DNA of 42,397 nucleotides from Phycisphaerales bacterium (GTDB lineage Bacteria; Planctomycetota; Phycisphaerae; SM23-33). Position 1 is the first letter of the stretch. Each line of letters starts with the position of its first letter. The notes beneath the pieces are model-generated. The model made no database searches, was not told the origin of the DNA, and worked only from the letters and a program-made list of their open reading frames with translations. Location of the stretch: positions 1-42,397 of the forward strand of contig PMYM01000182.1 of assembly GCA_003171235.1 (NCBI GenBank), written 5' to 3'. The translations under genes were made by a program, and so were the position numbers. Below are positions 8,075-16,616 of the stretch, one piece after another.

Positions 8075-8212
8075 TAGGGTGGGAGAAAGCGGCCAAAGGC
8101 CGATCTCCCGCCCACGCCAAGAAAGGGCGCCAAGCCCTTACGCGTCTTGTGCGGAAGGGCATGCTGATCAATCGGTGGGAGACCGCCCCGCGGGCGGTTC
8201 CTCCCACCCTAC
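8075..8212. repeat. Hairpin element bounded by terminal inverted repeats, family 4 (GTGGGAGA-CCGCC type), inside the ahcY leader
   Basis: A 12-bp terminal inverted repeat pairs GTAGGGTGGGAG (8075-8086) with CTCCCACCCTAC (8201-8212). Internal hairpins are GGGAGAaagCGGCCaaaGGCCGaTCTCCC and GGGAGACCGCCccgcGGGCGGTtCCTCCC. A single-hairpin relative lies at 32143-32175. Confidence 0.7.
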
Positions 8213-8232
8213 GGATTAGAGAGAGGAAAACC

Positions 8233-9507
<1,275 letters not shown>

Positions 9508-9550
9508 CGAATTTTCGATTTACGATTTACGATTTACGATTTGCGATTTA
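9508..9550. repeat. 5 x 7-nt tandem array (CGATTTA type) plus one degenerate unit
   Basis: The units are cgattta cgattta cgattta cgatttg cgattta at 9516-9550, preceded by cgaatttt. The array starts directly after the ahcY stop (9505-9507). An inverted partner lies at 9699-9726. Confidence 0.85.
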
Positions 9551-9558
9551 ACGGAAAG

Positions 9559-9586
9559 AGCCGGAGGCATTCCCCCTGGCTTTTTC
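9559..9586 (+). terminator. Probable intrinsic terminator of ahcY
   Basis: The stem pairs agccgg.gg with cc.cc.ggct around a cattc loop, followed by ttttt at 9581-9585. The stem has two bulges. Confidence 0.6.
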
Positions 9587-9698
9587 TCTAGATCGCAAGT
9601 TGGCCAACTCAGGAAAGACTCCAAAGTTAGCGCCTAGAATCTGGACGAATCTAATCTTGAGAATACGCCTGATCTATGATTGTGCCGCTGGCTCCTTG

Positions 9699-9726
9699 TT
9701 AAATCGAAAATCGAACATCGAAAATG
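9699..9726. repeat. Inverted partner of the CGATTTA array
   Basis: The sequence ttaaatcga aaatcga acatcga aaatg is the reverse complement of CGATTTN units with 7-nt phase. It ends at the rubrerythrin ribosome-binding region. Confidence 0.7.
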
Positions 9727-9744
9727 AAAGAGGAAGGAATCGAA

Positions 9745-10242
9745 ATGGCAACCAATGACAACCTGAAGGCCGCGTTCGCGGGTGAATCACAGGCCAACCG
9801 GCGGTACCTGGCCTTCGCCAAGCAGGCCCAGCAGGACGGCCGGCCGCAGATCGCCAAGCTGTTCCGGGCGGTGGCCGAGGCCGAGACCATTCACGCCCAC
9901 TCCCACCTGCGCGTGCTGGGCGAAGTCAAATCCACCGCCGACAATCTTAAGGCCGCCATTGACGGGGAGAGCTACGAGTTCACCACGATGTACCCGGAAT
10001 TCCTCCAGGCGGCCAAGGCCGAGGGGAACAAGGCCGCCGCCACCTCTTTCGAGCGCGCCCTGGCCGTGGAACGCATCCATCACGCTCTGTACGAACAGGC
10101 CCTGCAGGCCGCCGGCGCGGGCAGCGACGCCCCCTCCGCCAAGCTGTACGTCTGCGGCGTCTGCGGCAATACCGTGCTGGGCGACCCCCCGGACGTCTGC
10201 CCGATCTGCGGCGCGTCCCATAAGTTCTTTGAAGTGGCCTGA
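9745..10242 (+). CDS. rbr: Rubrerythrin
   Basis: MATNDNLKAAFAGESQANRRYLAFA...AEAETIHAHSHL...GESYEF..MYP...ERIHHALY shows the diiron four-helix ExxH motifs. The C-terminal rubredoxin-like YVCGVCGN...VCPICGA is present. GAGGAAGG precedes the ATG at 9745. An alternative start is at 9724. Confidence 0.9.
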   Translation: MATNDNLKAAFAGESQANRRYLAFAKQAQQDGRPQIAKLFRAVAEAETIHAHSHLRVLGEVKSTADNLKAAIDGESYEFTTMYPEFLQAAKAEGNKAAATSFERALAVERIHHALYEQALQAAGAGSDAPSAKLYVCGVCGNTVLGDPPDVCPICGASHKFFEVA

Positions 10243-10294
10243 GAAGGTTCTGCCGCCGCACCCGCGATTGCCTCGCCAGCCCCCTGGAATGCTC

Positions 10295-10380
10295 CAGTCG
10301 TCTGTAACACCAAGAACGATGGGGAGATTCTTTGGTGGCACAGCTTTTTCAAGCTGTGCCTGCATAGGCTGGAAAGGCAG
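10295..10380. repeat. Family 1 element, partly decayed, inverted relative to copy 1-122
   Basis: cagtcgtctgtaacaccaagaacgatggggagattctttGGTGGCACAGCtttttcaaGCTGTGCctgcataggctggaaaggcag aligns by eye with the reverse complement of 36-120. The second hairpin is degenerate. Confidence 0.7.
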
Positions 10381-10416
10381 ATTCAGGCGTTCGCTCTGTT
10401 TCTCCTTGCCCCTGAT

Positions 10417-10463
10417 CCGGGGGCTCCGCGGCGACAGAAGAAACGTCGCCGCTTCGCCCCCGG
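10417..10463. other. Long GC-rich nested hairpin in the rbr-tig spacer
   Basis: The sequence is ccggggg c tcc gcggcgac agaagaaac gtcgccgc ttc g cccccgg, giving 7 + 8 bp stems. No U-tract follows, so its function is unknown. Confidence 0.5.
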
Positions 10464-10619
10464 CTAACTTCTCACCGGCCCTCCGGGCCTGATCTTGGCT
10501 AGAGAAAATGTATACCTAGACGGCTTAGTCGGGCTGTAGATGAATTCCTGTCTCTGCGCCTCGGCGTCTCTGGGGCAAGCTTTTTAGAACTCCCGCTCTT
10601 CAGTCACCCCAAGAAAGCT

Positions 10620-10648
10620 TTGACGTTGGCGGATTGGGAACGTACAGT
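10620..10648 (+). promoter_or_regulatory. Candidate sigma-70-type promoter for tig-clpP-clpP
   Basis: TTGACG (10620-10625), a 17-nt spacer, then TACAGT (10643-10648). It lies about 130 nt upstream of the tig ATG. The call rests on the sequence pattern only. Confidence 0.45.
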
Positions 10649-10779
10649 TATCCGTCTTGGCCGCAGGCCCAGCCCGCTTTGCGGGCCGACCCGGCCAAGG
10701 GATATCATTCTGCGCTGCCGCCGGGACGGGCTTCGTGGCCCGTTGGTCGTGGCTGTCGCCCCAAAGGAAGTTACGCACA

Positions 10780-12381
10780 ATGTCTGACCAGGAGAAAACC
10801 CAGCCCGACTCCCCCGCCCAGGAATCCGCCGAGAACCTGCCCCAGCCAAAAGTTACCATCGAGGACGCCGGCGCCCTGCGCAAGCGCATCACCGTCGAAA
10901 TCCCGCGCGCCCGGGTGGATGCCAAGTTTGAAGAGATGTTCGGCGAACTGTCGCGTTCCGCCCAGGTGCCGGGCTTCCGCCCGGGGCACGCCCCGCGCCG
11001 CCTGATCGAGAAGCGATTCGGCAAGGAAGTGCTGGAAGACGTCCGCAACAGCCTCGTGGGCGAGGGCATGGGCAAAGTAATGGAGGACAAGAGCCTGCAG
11101 GCCGTCGGCGAGCCCGAAATTGATCTGGACGCGATAACCATCCCCGAAAAGGAGGACATGAAGTTCTCCTTTGAGATCGAAGTGGCCCCGCAGTTCGAGC
11201 TGCCCGATTACAAGGGCATAGAGGTTACCAAGCCGCACCTGGAGATTACCGACAAGCACGTGGACGAGGCGGTGGAGTCCTACCGCCAGGCCCACGGCAA
11301 GGTGGTGGAGGTCGCCGGTGGGATCAAGGAGAACGACCTGGTGACGGCCGACGTCCGCCTGTCCGGCGATGGCATCGACCACGCCCATGCGGACATGGAA
11401 CTGCGCGTGGCGCCGGCCCAGGTGGAAGGCATCCTGCTGGAGGACCTGCCCAAGGCCTTCTCCGGCAAGCCCGCCGGCCAGCAGGTTTCGCTCAAGAGCA
11501 AGGTGCCGGCGGCCCACCCGACCGAGGCCTGGCGAAACAAGGACGTGACCATCACTTTCAAAATCAAGCAGGTGCGGCGCCTGCAGACGCCCAAGGCCGA
11601 CGACGAATTCGCCAAGCAGGCCGGTTTCGAAAACCTGGGGCAAATGCGGGCCTTCCTGCACACCCGGCTGGAGGCGCAGGCGGCGACCGAGCAGCACCGG
11701 GCCATGCAGGCCCAGGTGGCCTCGTTCCTGGGCGAGAAGATCAGCATCGAGATTCCCACGGGCATGGCCGAGCGTCAGAGCCAGCGGCTGCTGACCCGGC
11801 GGGTGGTCGACCTGATGTACCGCGGCGTGCCGCGCGAACAGATCGAGGCCAACCTGGAAGGCCTCAAGGCCGAGGCCGCCCAGCGGGCGAAGGCCGACCT
11901 GAAGCGAAGCTTCATCCTGGACAAACTGGCCCAGGCCGAGAACATCAAGGTCGAAGACGCCGAGGTAAACGCCCGCGTGGCCCAGATGGCCAGGCAGTCC
12001 AACCGCCGGCCCGAGCGCTTCAAGCAGGAGATGAAGGCCGACGGCTCGCTGGATGAACTGACAATGTCCCTGGCCGAGGAAAAGGCCCTGGACAAGGTGC
12101 TGGAACTGGCCAAGCTGGTCGAACCGAAGGCCAAGCCGGCCGAGCCGAAGGCCAAGCCGGCCGAGCCGAAGGCCAAGCCGGTTGAGCCGGAAGCCAAGGT
12201 GGTCGAGCCGAAAGCCAAGCTGGCCGCCCATCCCGCCCCCCACGCGGCCCCCAAGCCCAAGGCCAAAGCCAAGCCCCAAACCAAGTCCGACGCGGAACTC
12301 AAGGCCAAGCACCAAGCCAAGCCCAAGGCTAAGCACCAAGCCAAGCCCAAGGCCGCCAAGAAGACAAAACCCAAGGAGTAG
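10780..12381 (+). CDS. tig: Trigger factor with a C-terminal Lys/Pro/Ala-rich repeat extension
   Basis: ATG at 10780 gives MSDQEKT...VTIEDAGALRKRITVEIPRARVDAKFEEMFGELSRSAQVPGFRPGHAPRRLIEKRFGKEV (the GFRxGxxP ribosome-binding signature). The tail reads EPKAKPAEPKAKPAEPKAKPVEPEAKVVEPKAKL...KAKHQAKPKAKHQAKPKAAKKTKPKE. Confidence 0.9.
   Translation: MSDQEKTQPDSPAQESAENLPQPKVTIEDAGALRKRITVEIPRARVDAKFEEMFGELSRSAQVPGFRPGHAPRRLIEKRFGKEVLEDVRNSLVGEGMGKVMEDKSLQAVGEPEIDLDAITIPEKEDMKFSFEIEVAPQFELPDYKGIEVTKPHLEITDKHVDEAVESYRQAHGKVVEVAGGIKENDLVTADVRLSGDGIDHAHADMELRVAPAQVEGILLEDLPKAFSGKPAGQQVSLKSKVPAAHPTEAWRNKDVTITFKIKQVRRLQTPKADDEFAKQAGFENLGQMRAFLHTRLEAQAATEQHRAMQAQVASFLGEKISIEIPTGMAERQSQRLLTRRVVDLMYRGVPREQIEANLEGLKAEAAQRAKADLKRSFILDKLAQAENIKVEDAEVNARVAQMARQSNRRPERFKQEMKADGSLDELTMSLAEEKALDKVLELAKLVEPKAKPAEPKAKPAEPKAKPVEPEAKVVEPKAKLAAHPAPHAAPKPKAKAKPQTKSDAELKAKHQAKPKAKHQAKPKAAKKTKPKE
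12121..12225 (+). repeat. In-frame 5 x 21-nt tandem repeat (EPKAKPA heptapeptide) within tig
   Basis: The units gaaccgaaggccaagccggcc, gagccgaaggccaagccggcc, gagccgaaggccaagccggtt, gagccggaagccaaggtggtc and gagccgaaagccaagctggcc run consecutively. A further 2 x 24-nt repeat (KAKHQAKP) is at 12301-12348. Confidence 0.9.
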
Positions 12382-12414
12382 CGCCTACACTAGGACAGGA
12401 GCAGGACTGACCAC

Positions 12415-12987
12415 ATGGCATACACCGAATACGCTCAGCGACGCGAGATGACGCTGGAAGAGCGGCTGGCCGAGGAACGCATCGTCTTCCTCTGGGGAGA
12501 GATCAACCCCGCCACGGCCGGCGGGCTGATCATGCGCCTGCTGGAGTTACAGGCCAAGGCCCGCGACCGCGACATCCACCTGTACATCAACTCCCCCGGC
12601 GGCGACGTGGACGACACCCTGGCCATCTACGACACCATGCAGTTTCTGGAATGCGACGTCAGCACCTACTGCGTCGGCCAGGCCGCCAGCGGCGCCGCCG
12701 TGGTGCTGGCCGCGGGCAAGAAGGGCAAACGCTTCGCCCTGCCCCACTCCAAGGTCATGATTCACCAGCCCTGGGGCGGTGTGACCGGCCAGGCCAGCGA
12801 CATACTCATCCAGGCCGAGGAGATCCTCAAGGCCAAGCGCGTGCTCAACGAGATCCTGGGCAGCCTGAGCGGGCGCGACGTGGCCCAGATCGAGGCCGAG
12901 ACCGAGCGCGACCGGTACATGACCCCGGCCGAGGCCAAGGACTACGGCCTGGTGGACGAGATCATCGCCCCCAGGCAGAACAAGTAG
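12415..12987 (+). CDS. clpP: ATP-dependent Clp protease proteolytic subunit, paralog 1 (short N-terminus)
   Basis: RIVFLWGEINPATAGGLIMRLL...[12 protein letters not shown]...CVGQAASGAAVVLAAG...SKVMIHQPWGG...ERDRYMTPAEA retains the Ser/His/Asp positions. It lacks the usual N-terminal [17 protein letters not shown] segment that paralog 2 carries. Confidence 0.9.
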   Translation: MAYTEYAQRREMTLEERLAEERIVFLWGEINPATAGGLIMRLLELQAKARDRDIHLYINSPGGDVDDTLAIYDTMQFLECDVSTYCVGQAASGAAVVLAAGKKGKRFALPHSKVMIHQPWGGVTGQASDILIQAEEILKAKRVLNEILGSLSGRDVAQIEAETERDRYMTPAEAKDYGLVDEIIAPRQNK

Positions 12988-13014
12988 CTTTCCGTCAAGG
13001 CGCCCGGATGTAAA

Positions 13015-13070
13015 GGTGGAACAGGTTTGTAACCTGTTCCTATCGGCACAGGTTGAAAACCTGTGCCACC
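13015..13070. repeat. Family 1 twin-hairpin core in the clpP1-clpP2 spacer
   Basis: The sequence is GGTGGAACAGGTttgtaACCTGTTCC tatc GGCACAGGTtgaaaACCTGTGCCACC. Two adjacent hairpins are enclosed by GGTGG/CCACC. Confidence 0.8.
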
Positions 13071-13086
13071 AATAAGGACCGTGCCG

Positions 13087-13719
13087 ATGCCAGACAACCA
13101 GCACCTGGTGCCCATCGTCATCGAGAAGACCGGGCGCGGCGAGCGCGCCTACGACATTTATTCCCGGCTGCTGCGCGACCGGATCGTCTTCATCGGCGGG
13201 CCGGTGGACGATGACATGGCCAACCTGGTCGTCGCCCAACTGCTCTTTCTGTCCAACGAGGATCCCAAGAGCGACATCAATCTGTACATCAACTCCCCCG
13301 GCGGCAGCATCTCGGCCGGCATGGCCATCTACGACACCATCCAGTTCATCCGCTGCGACGTCTCCACCGTGTGCGTGGGCATGGCCGCCAGCATGGCCGC
13401 CGTGCTGCTGGCCGCCGGGGCCAAGGGCAAGCGCTACATCCTGCCCAACAGCCGGGTGCTCATCCACCAGCCGCTCATCCGCGGCGTGCTGACCGGCCCG
13501 GCCACCGAGCTGGACATCGAGGCGAGGGAAATCATCCGCCTGCGCCGCCGCCTGTACGAAATCATGGCCAAGGACACCGGCCAGACCGTCGAGCGCATCG
13601 AGCGCGACTGCGACCGCAACAAGTGGCTGGACTCCGACGAGGCCCTGGCCTACGGCTGCGCCGACAAGGTCCTCCAGCGGATGCCCGAATCGTTGGCCCG
13701 CCCGCCCAGCCAGGAATAG
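13087..13719 (+). CDS. clpP: ATP-dependent Clp protease proteolytic subunit, paralog 2 (canonical)
   Basis: The ATG at 13087 follows the repeat element and gives [38 protein letters not shown]...[11 protein letters not shown]...[16 protein letters not shown]...RVLIHQP...[10 protein letters not shown]. The ORF's upstream start at 13063 lies inside the repeat. Confidence 0.9.
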   Translation: MPDNQHLVPIVIEKTGRGERAYDIYSRLLRDRIVFIGGPVDDDMANLVVAQLLFLSNEDPKSDINLYINSPGGSISAGMAIYDTIQFIRCDVSTVCVGMAASMAAVLLAAGAKGKRYILPNSRVLIHQPLIRGVLTGPATELDIEAREIIRLRRRLYEIMAKDTGQTVERIERDCDRNKWLDSDEALAYGCADKVLQRMPESLARPPSQE

Positions 13720-13735
13720 GGACGCTAAGACCAGC

Positions 13736-14413
13736 ATGAGTATGCCGGGGTCAATCCGCCATTGCTTGCTCGCCGCCGCCGCCGCCGCGGCCGCCGCCGT
13801 GGCCGGCTGCGCCACCTATAAGCAGACTGACCCGCTGGTCGTCCAGGTCAACAACCTGCAGCAGGAAAACTCCCGCCTGCGCGACCAGCTCCAGCAGGCG
13901 ACCGCCTCCGCCGCCTCCCAGCAGGATCGCATCCAGACGCTCGAAGGCCTGGGCCCCAAGCGTCTGGACCGGCTCTACCAGGTGACCAGGATAGACGTCA
14001 CCCGCTACTCCGGAGGCATCAACCTTGGCGGCGGCGCGGGCGACCAGGGCGTACGGGTGTACATCCGACCCCTCGACCAGCAAGGCGACGTGATTAAGGC
14101 CGCCGGCACGTTCAAGGTGCAGGTATTCGACCTGGCCCAAAGCCCTCAGGACAGCCTGGTGGTCGGCTGCGAGTATCCGCCCGAAGAAACAGCCAAGCAT
14201 TGGTACGGCGGCTTTATCACCTACCAGTACCAGTTCGATTGCCTCTGGAAGTCCCCGCCGCGCCACGCCGACCTGACCGTCCAGGTCAGTTTCACCGACT
14301 ATCTCACCGGCCAGACGTTCTTGGTCCAGAAGGCCATCAAGGTGAACCTTGCTGCCTCCGCCACAAGGCAAGCCGCGAAAGGACCCACCTTGGGACCAAC
14401 TTCATTACCATAG
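13736..14413 (+). CDS. Hypothetical lipoprotein with an N-terminal coiled-coil segment
   Basis: MSMPGSIRHCLLAAAAAAAAAVAGC has a signal peptide with lipobox VAGC. It is followed by VQVNNLQQENSRLRDQLQQATASAASQQDRIQTLE. I recognised no family. Confidence 0.7.
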   Translation: MSMPGSIRHCLLAAAAAAAAAVAGCATYKQTDPLVVQVNNLQQENSRLRDQLQQATASAASQQDRIQTLEGLGPKRLDRLYQVTRIDVTRYSGGINLGGGAGDQGVRVYIRPLDQQGDVIKAAGTFKVQVFDLAQSPQDSLVVGCEYPPEETAKHWYGGFITYQYQFDCLWKSPPRHADLTVQVSFTDYLTGQTFLVQKAIKVNLAASATRQAAKGPTLGPTSLP

Positions 14414-14420
14414 TAGCGAA

Positions 14421-15695
14421 TCAAATCGTAGCCCGGACCGCTGCTGGATGTTTTCCTCTCCGCCGACGGACAAGCGCAAGGGCGCAAAGCACCCACAAGG
14501 TTGAAGTTGCTGGCTCCGGTACATTGGTGAAAACGTAGACTGCTCCCGCGTCGACAATACCGCCCAAATCTTGCCCCTCGGCCGCTAATACCAAAGTATT
14601 CCCGTCAAGTCCGGATGGTGACGCAAAAAGGCTGTTCTCCGCTCCAGAGGGGGGAAGGATCGTGTCGACCAATTCCCAGGACAATCCGTTGCTATGGAAC
14701 CAATATGCACAACCCGCGTTATTGGCAAGAGAGGCACTAATAATGGCGTTATCCCCGCTGATGACAACCGACTGGCCAAATTCATCCCAGGCCTTTCCTT
14801 CGGGAGCTGTGAGCTTTGCCATTTGATCCCACCCCCTCCCGCTCTTGGCAAAGACATAAGCCGCCCCCGTGTTGTGGTTGTCCCCCGGAGCTCCAAGAAA
14901 GATGTAATCGTCGCTGACTGAGATTGAACAGCCGAAGTAGTTATATTTTGCGCCGTCAGAAGGCGTTAGTTTCGCTATTTCTGTCCAAACTGATCCGCTT
15001 CGTTGAAAGACGTACGCCGTGCCGCCAGGGTTATCTGTCATGGCCGAAACAACCGCATAATCGCCGTGGAGGCAAACCCGGTTGCCGAAGCCCGCTTCCC
15101 ACACCCCGTCAGGCGAGATTAACTTAGCCTGTTGAGACCACGTCGAGCCGACACGGTGAAAGACATACGCCGCGCCAAGGCCGCTGTTGGCATTTGTTCC
15201 CGTCTCCCCTACCAGGGCATAATCCCCATAAAGTGACACCGCGGCCCCAAACAAATCGTTTATCCTGCCATCGGAAGAAACCAGTTTAGCCTGCTGAGTC
15301 CAGGTGCCTCCGACTCGATTAAAAACGTAAGCAGCTCCGGAATTACTATTCTTATAATGTGCCCCGATTAATGCATCGCTCCCGTTGATCGAGACCGAAA
15401 GCTGGCCGAAGGCATCACCGGCCATCCCGTCTGCCGCAGTCAGCTTGGCTTGTTGCGTCCAGTCATTGCCGTTGCGATAGAATACGTAGGCCGAACCTGA
15501 GTTGTCTCCCCTGTCATCATCAAGCCCCGCCCCAACCAGAATGTAATCGCCGCCAATTGCGACTGCTGAACCGAAAATATCTTGGGCACTGGCGTCCGAT
15601 GCTGTGAGTCTTGCTTGCTGGTTCCCCTCCGCACCCCAAACTGGGGCAGATGCCAAAAGCACTAACGTAAGTGCACAGACTTTTGAAATGAGCAT
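14421..15695 (-). CDS. FG-GAP-like beta-propeller repeat protein with a PEP-CTERM-type C-terminal anchor
   Basis: The signal peptide is MLISKVCALTLVLLASAPVWGA. About 8 repeats of roughly 48 aa follow (QQAKL...DG...FG.SV...GDYA.VGA...G.AYVF.R.G..W). The C-terminus reads VPEPATSTLWVLCALALVRRRRGK. A strong GAGGGAG sits before the ATG. G+C is visibly lower than in flanking genes. Confidence 0.8.
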   Translation of the reverse strand: MLISKVCALTLVLLASAPVWGAEGNQQARLTASDASAQDIFGSAVAIGGDYILVGAGLDDDRGDNSGSAYVFYRNGNDWTQQAKLTAADGMAGDAFGQLSVSINGSDALIGAHYKNSNSGAAYVFNRVGGTWTQQAKLVSSDGRINDLFGAAVSLYGDYALVGETGTNANSGLGAAYVFHRVGSTWSQQAKLISPDGVWEAGFGNRVCLHGDYAVVSAMTDNPGGTAYVFQRSGSVWTEIAKLTPSDGAKYNYFGCSISVSDDYIFLGAPGDNHNTGAAYVFAKSGRGWDQMAKLTAPEGKAWDEFGQSVVISGDNAIISASLANNAGCAYWFHSNGLSWELVDTILPPSGAENSLFASPSGLDGNTLVLAAEGQDLGGIVDAGAVYVFTNVPEPATSTLWVLCALALVRRRRGKHPAAVRATI

Positions 15696-15917
15696 GGTTC
15701 TCCCTCTCTTTGTTATGGCTCTTAACCGGTATTAAAGCTAACCCAGATCTGCAGAACCGTCAAGCTGAAAACACACCCCCTGCAATACGCTCCCCCAAAA
15801 CTTCGGTCTCTCTTAGGATGAAGAACAGGGGTAGAGATGGAACAGGATTCAAGACTTGCCAGATACGTCGGCATCACCGCCCCGGTTTTCCAGGATGGAC
15901 TGTTGTGGCCTTTCCTA

Positions 15918-15952
15918 GCTTTTAGCTTTCAGCTTTGAGCTTTCAGCTTTAT
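15918..15952. repeat. 5 x 7-nt tandem array (AGCTTTN type)
   Basis: The units are agctttt agctttc agctttg agctttc agcttta, with exact 7-nt phase. The array ends 9 nt before the ATG at 15962. Confidence 0.85.
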
Positions 15953-15961
15953 CTTTCCGGC

Positions 15962-16498
15962 ATGGCCGCCATACATCCGCCGCTTCCCTGCAAGTTGATC
16001 GTGGGCCTGCTGGCCGGGCGGGCCGAGGTGCTGGCCGCCGCGGCCGAGGCCCTGGCCACACTCTACGGCCGGATAGAACTGGCCAGCCCCCAGTGGCAGT
16101 TCTCATTCACCGATTATTACCAGGCCCAGATGGGGCACAACCTGCTGCGCCAGTTCCTGGCGATGGAGAAGTTGATAACCCCTTCGGACATCGTCGCCAT
16201 CAAGCGCCGCGCCAATCAACTGGAGGAGGAACTGGCGGCGCGTTTCCCCTCCGGCCCCTCGCGGCCAGCCAACATCGACCCGGGCTACCTGACCGAGGGC
16301 AAGTTGGTGCTGGCCAGCACCAAAGACTTTGCCCATCGCATTTACATGGACCAGGGCATTTACGCCGAGATAACGCTCAGTTTCGTGCACGGGCGGTGGG
16401 TGCGTCACCCCTACACCTTCCCCGACTACGGGTCGGGCCTGTATGATGGCTTCCTGCTGGAGGCCAGAGAGGGCCTGCGGCGGCAACTGGGGCGGTGA
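15962..16498 (+). CDS. DUF4416 family protein
   Basis: ATG at 15962 starts a 178-aa protein: KLIVGLL...F.FTDYYQAQMG..L.RQF......I.P..I..IK...N.LE......R..NIDPGYLTEGKLVLASTKDFAHRIYMDQGIYAEITL......W.YPDY. This matches my memory of the DUF4416 pattern. Confidence 0.7.
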   Translation: MAAIHPPLPCKLIVGLLAGRAEVLAAAAEALATLYGRIELASPQWQFSFTDYYQAQMGHNLLRQFLAMEKLITPSDIVAIKRRANQLEEELAARFPSGPSRPANIDPGYLTEGKLVLASTKDFAHRIYMDQGIYAEITLSFVHGRWVRHPYTFPDYGSGLYDGFLLEAREGLRRQLGR

Positions 16499-16514
16499 GA
16501 TCGTGTATAGAGAT

Positions 16515-16587
16515 GTGTCGCGGGCGTCACGCCCGCGCAAGGTACCCGGCTCGTTTGCCGGAGCCGCGGGCAAGATGCCCGCGACAC
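16515..16587. repeat. Family 3 element, second copy
   Basis: gtgtcgcgggcgtcacgcccgcgc ... gcgggcaagatgcccgcgacac has the same termini and hairpin units as 7210-7321. It sits between the DUF4416 gene and the transferase gene. Confidence 0.75.
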
Positions 16588-16616
16588 GCGGTGAGAGGGT
16601 TCAAAGGGCATCGGGC

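Noticed and set aside
8036-8232. Canonical SAH riboswitch upstream of ahcY.
   Set aside because: I cannot find the conserved SAH-riboswitch core sequence as I remember it. The main internal hairpin recurs at 32143-32175 in an unrelated spacer. A repeat-element insertion therefore fits better. I kept it as a finding only because cmscan would be decisive and I cannot run it.
9508-9550. CRISPR-like arrays, considered for the period-7 tandem repeats here and at 2075, 15918 and 21924.
   Set aside because: The units are 7 nt and directly abutting, with no spacers. The arrays are only about 35 nt long, and no cas genes are present.
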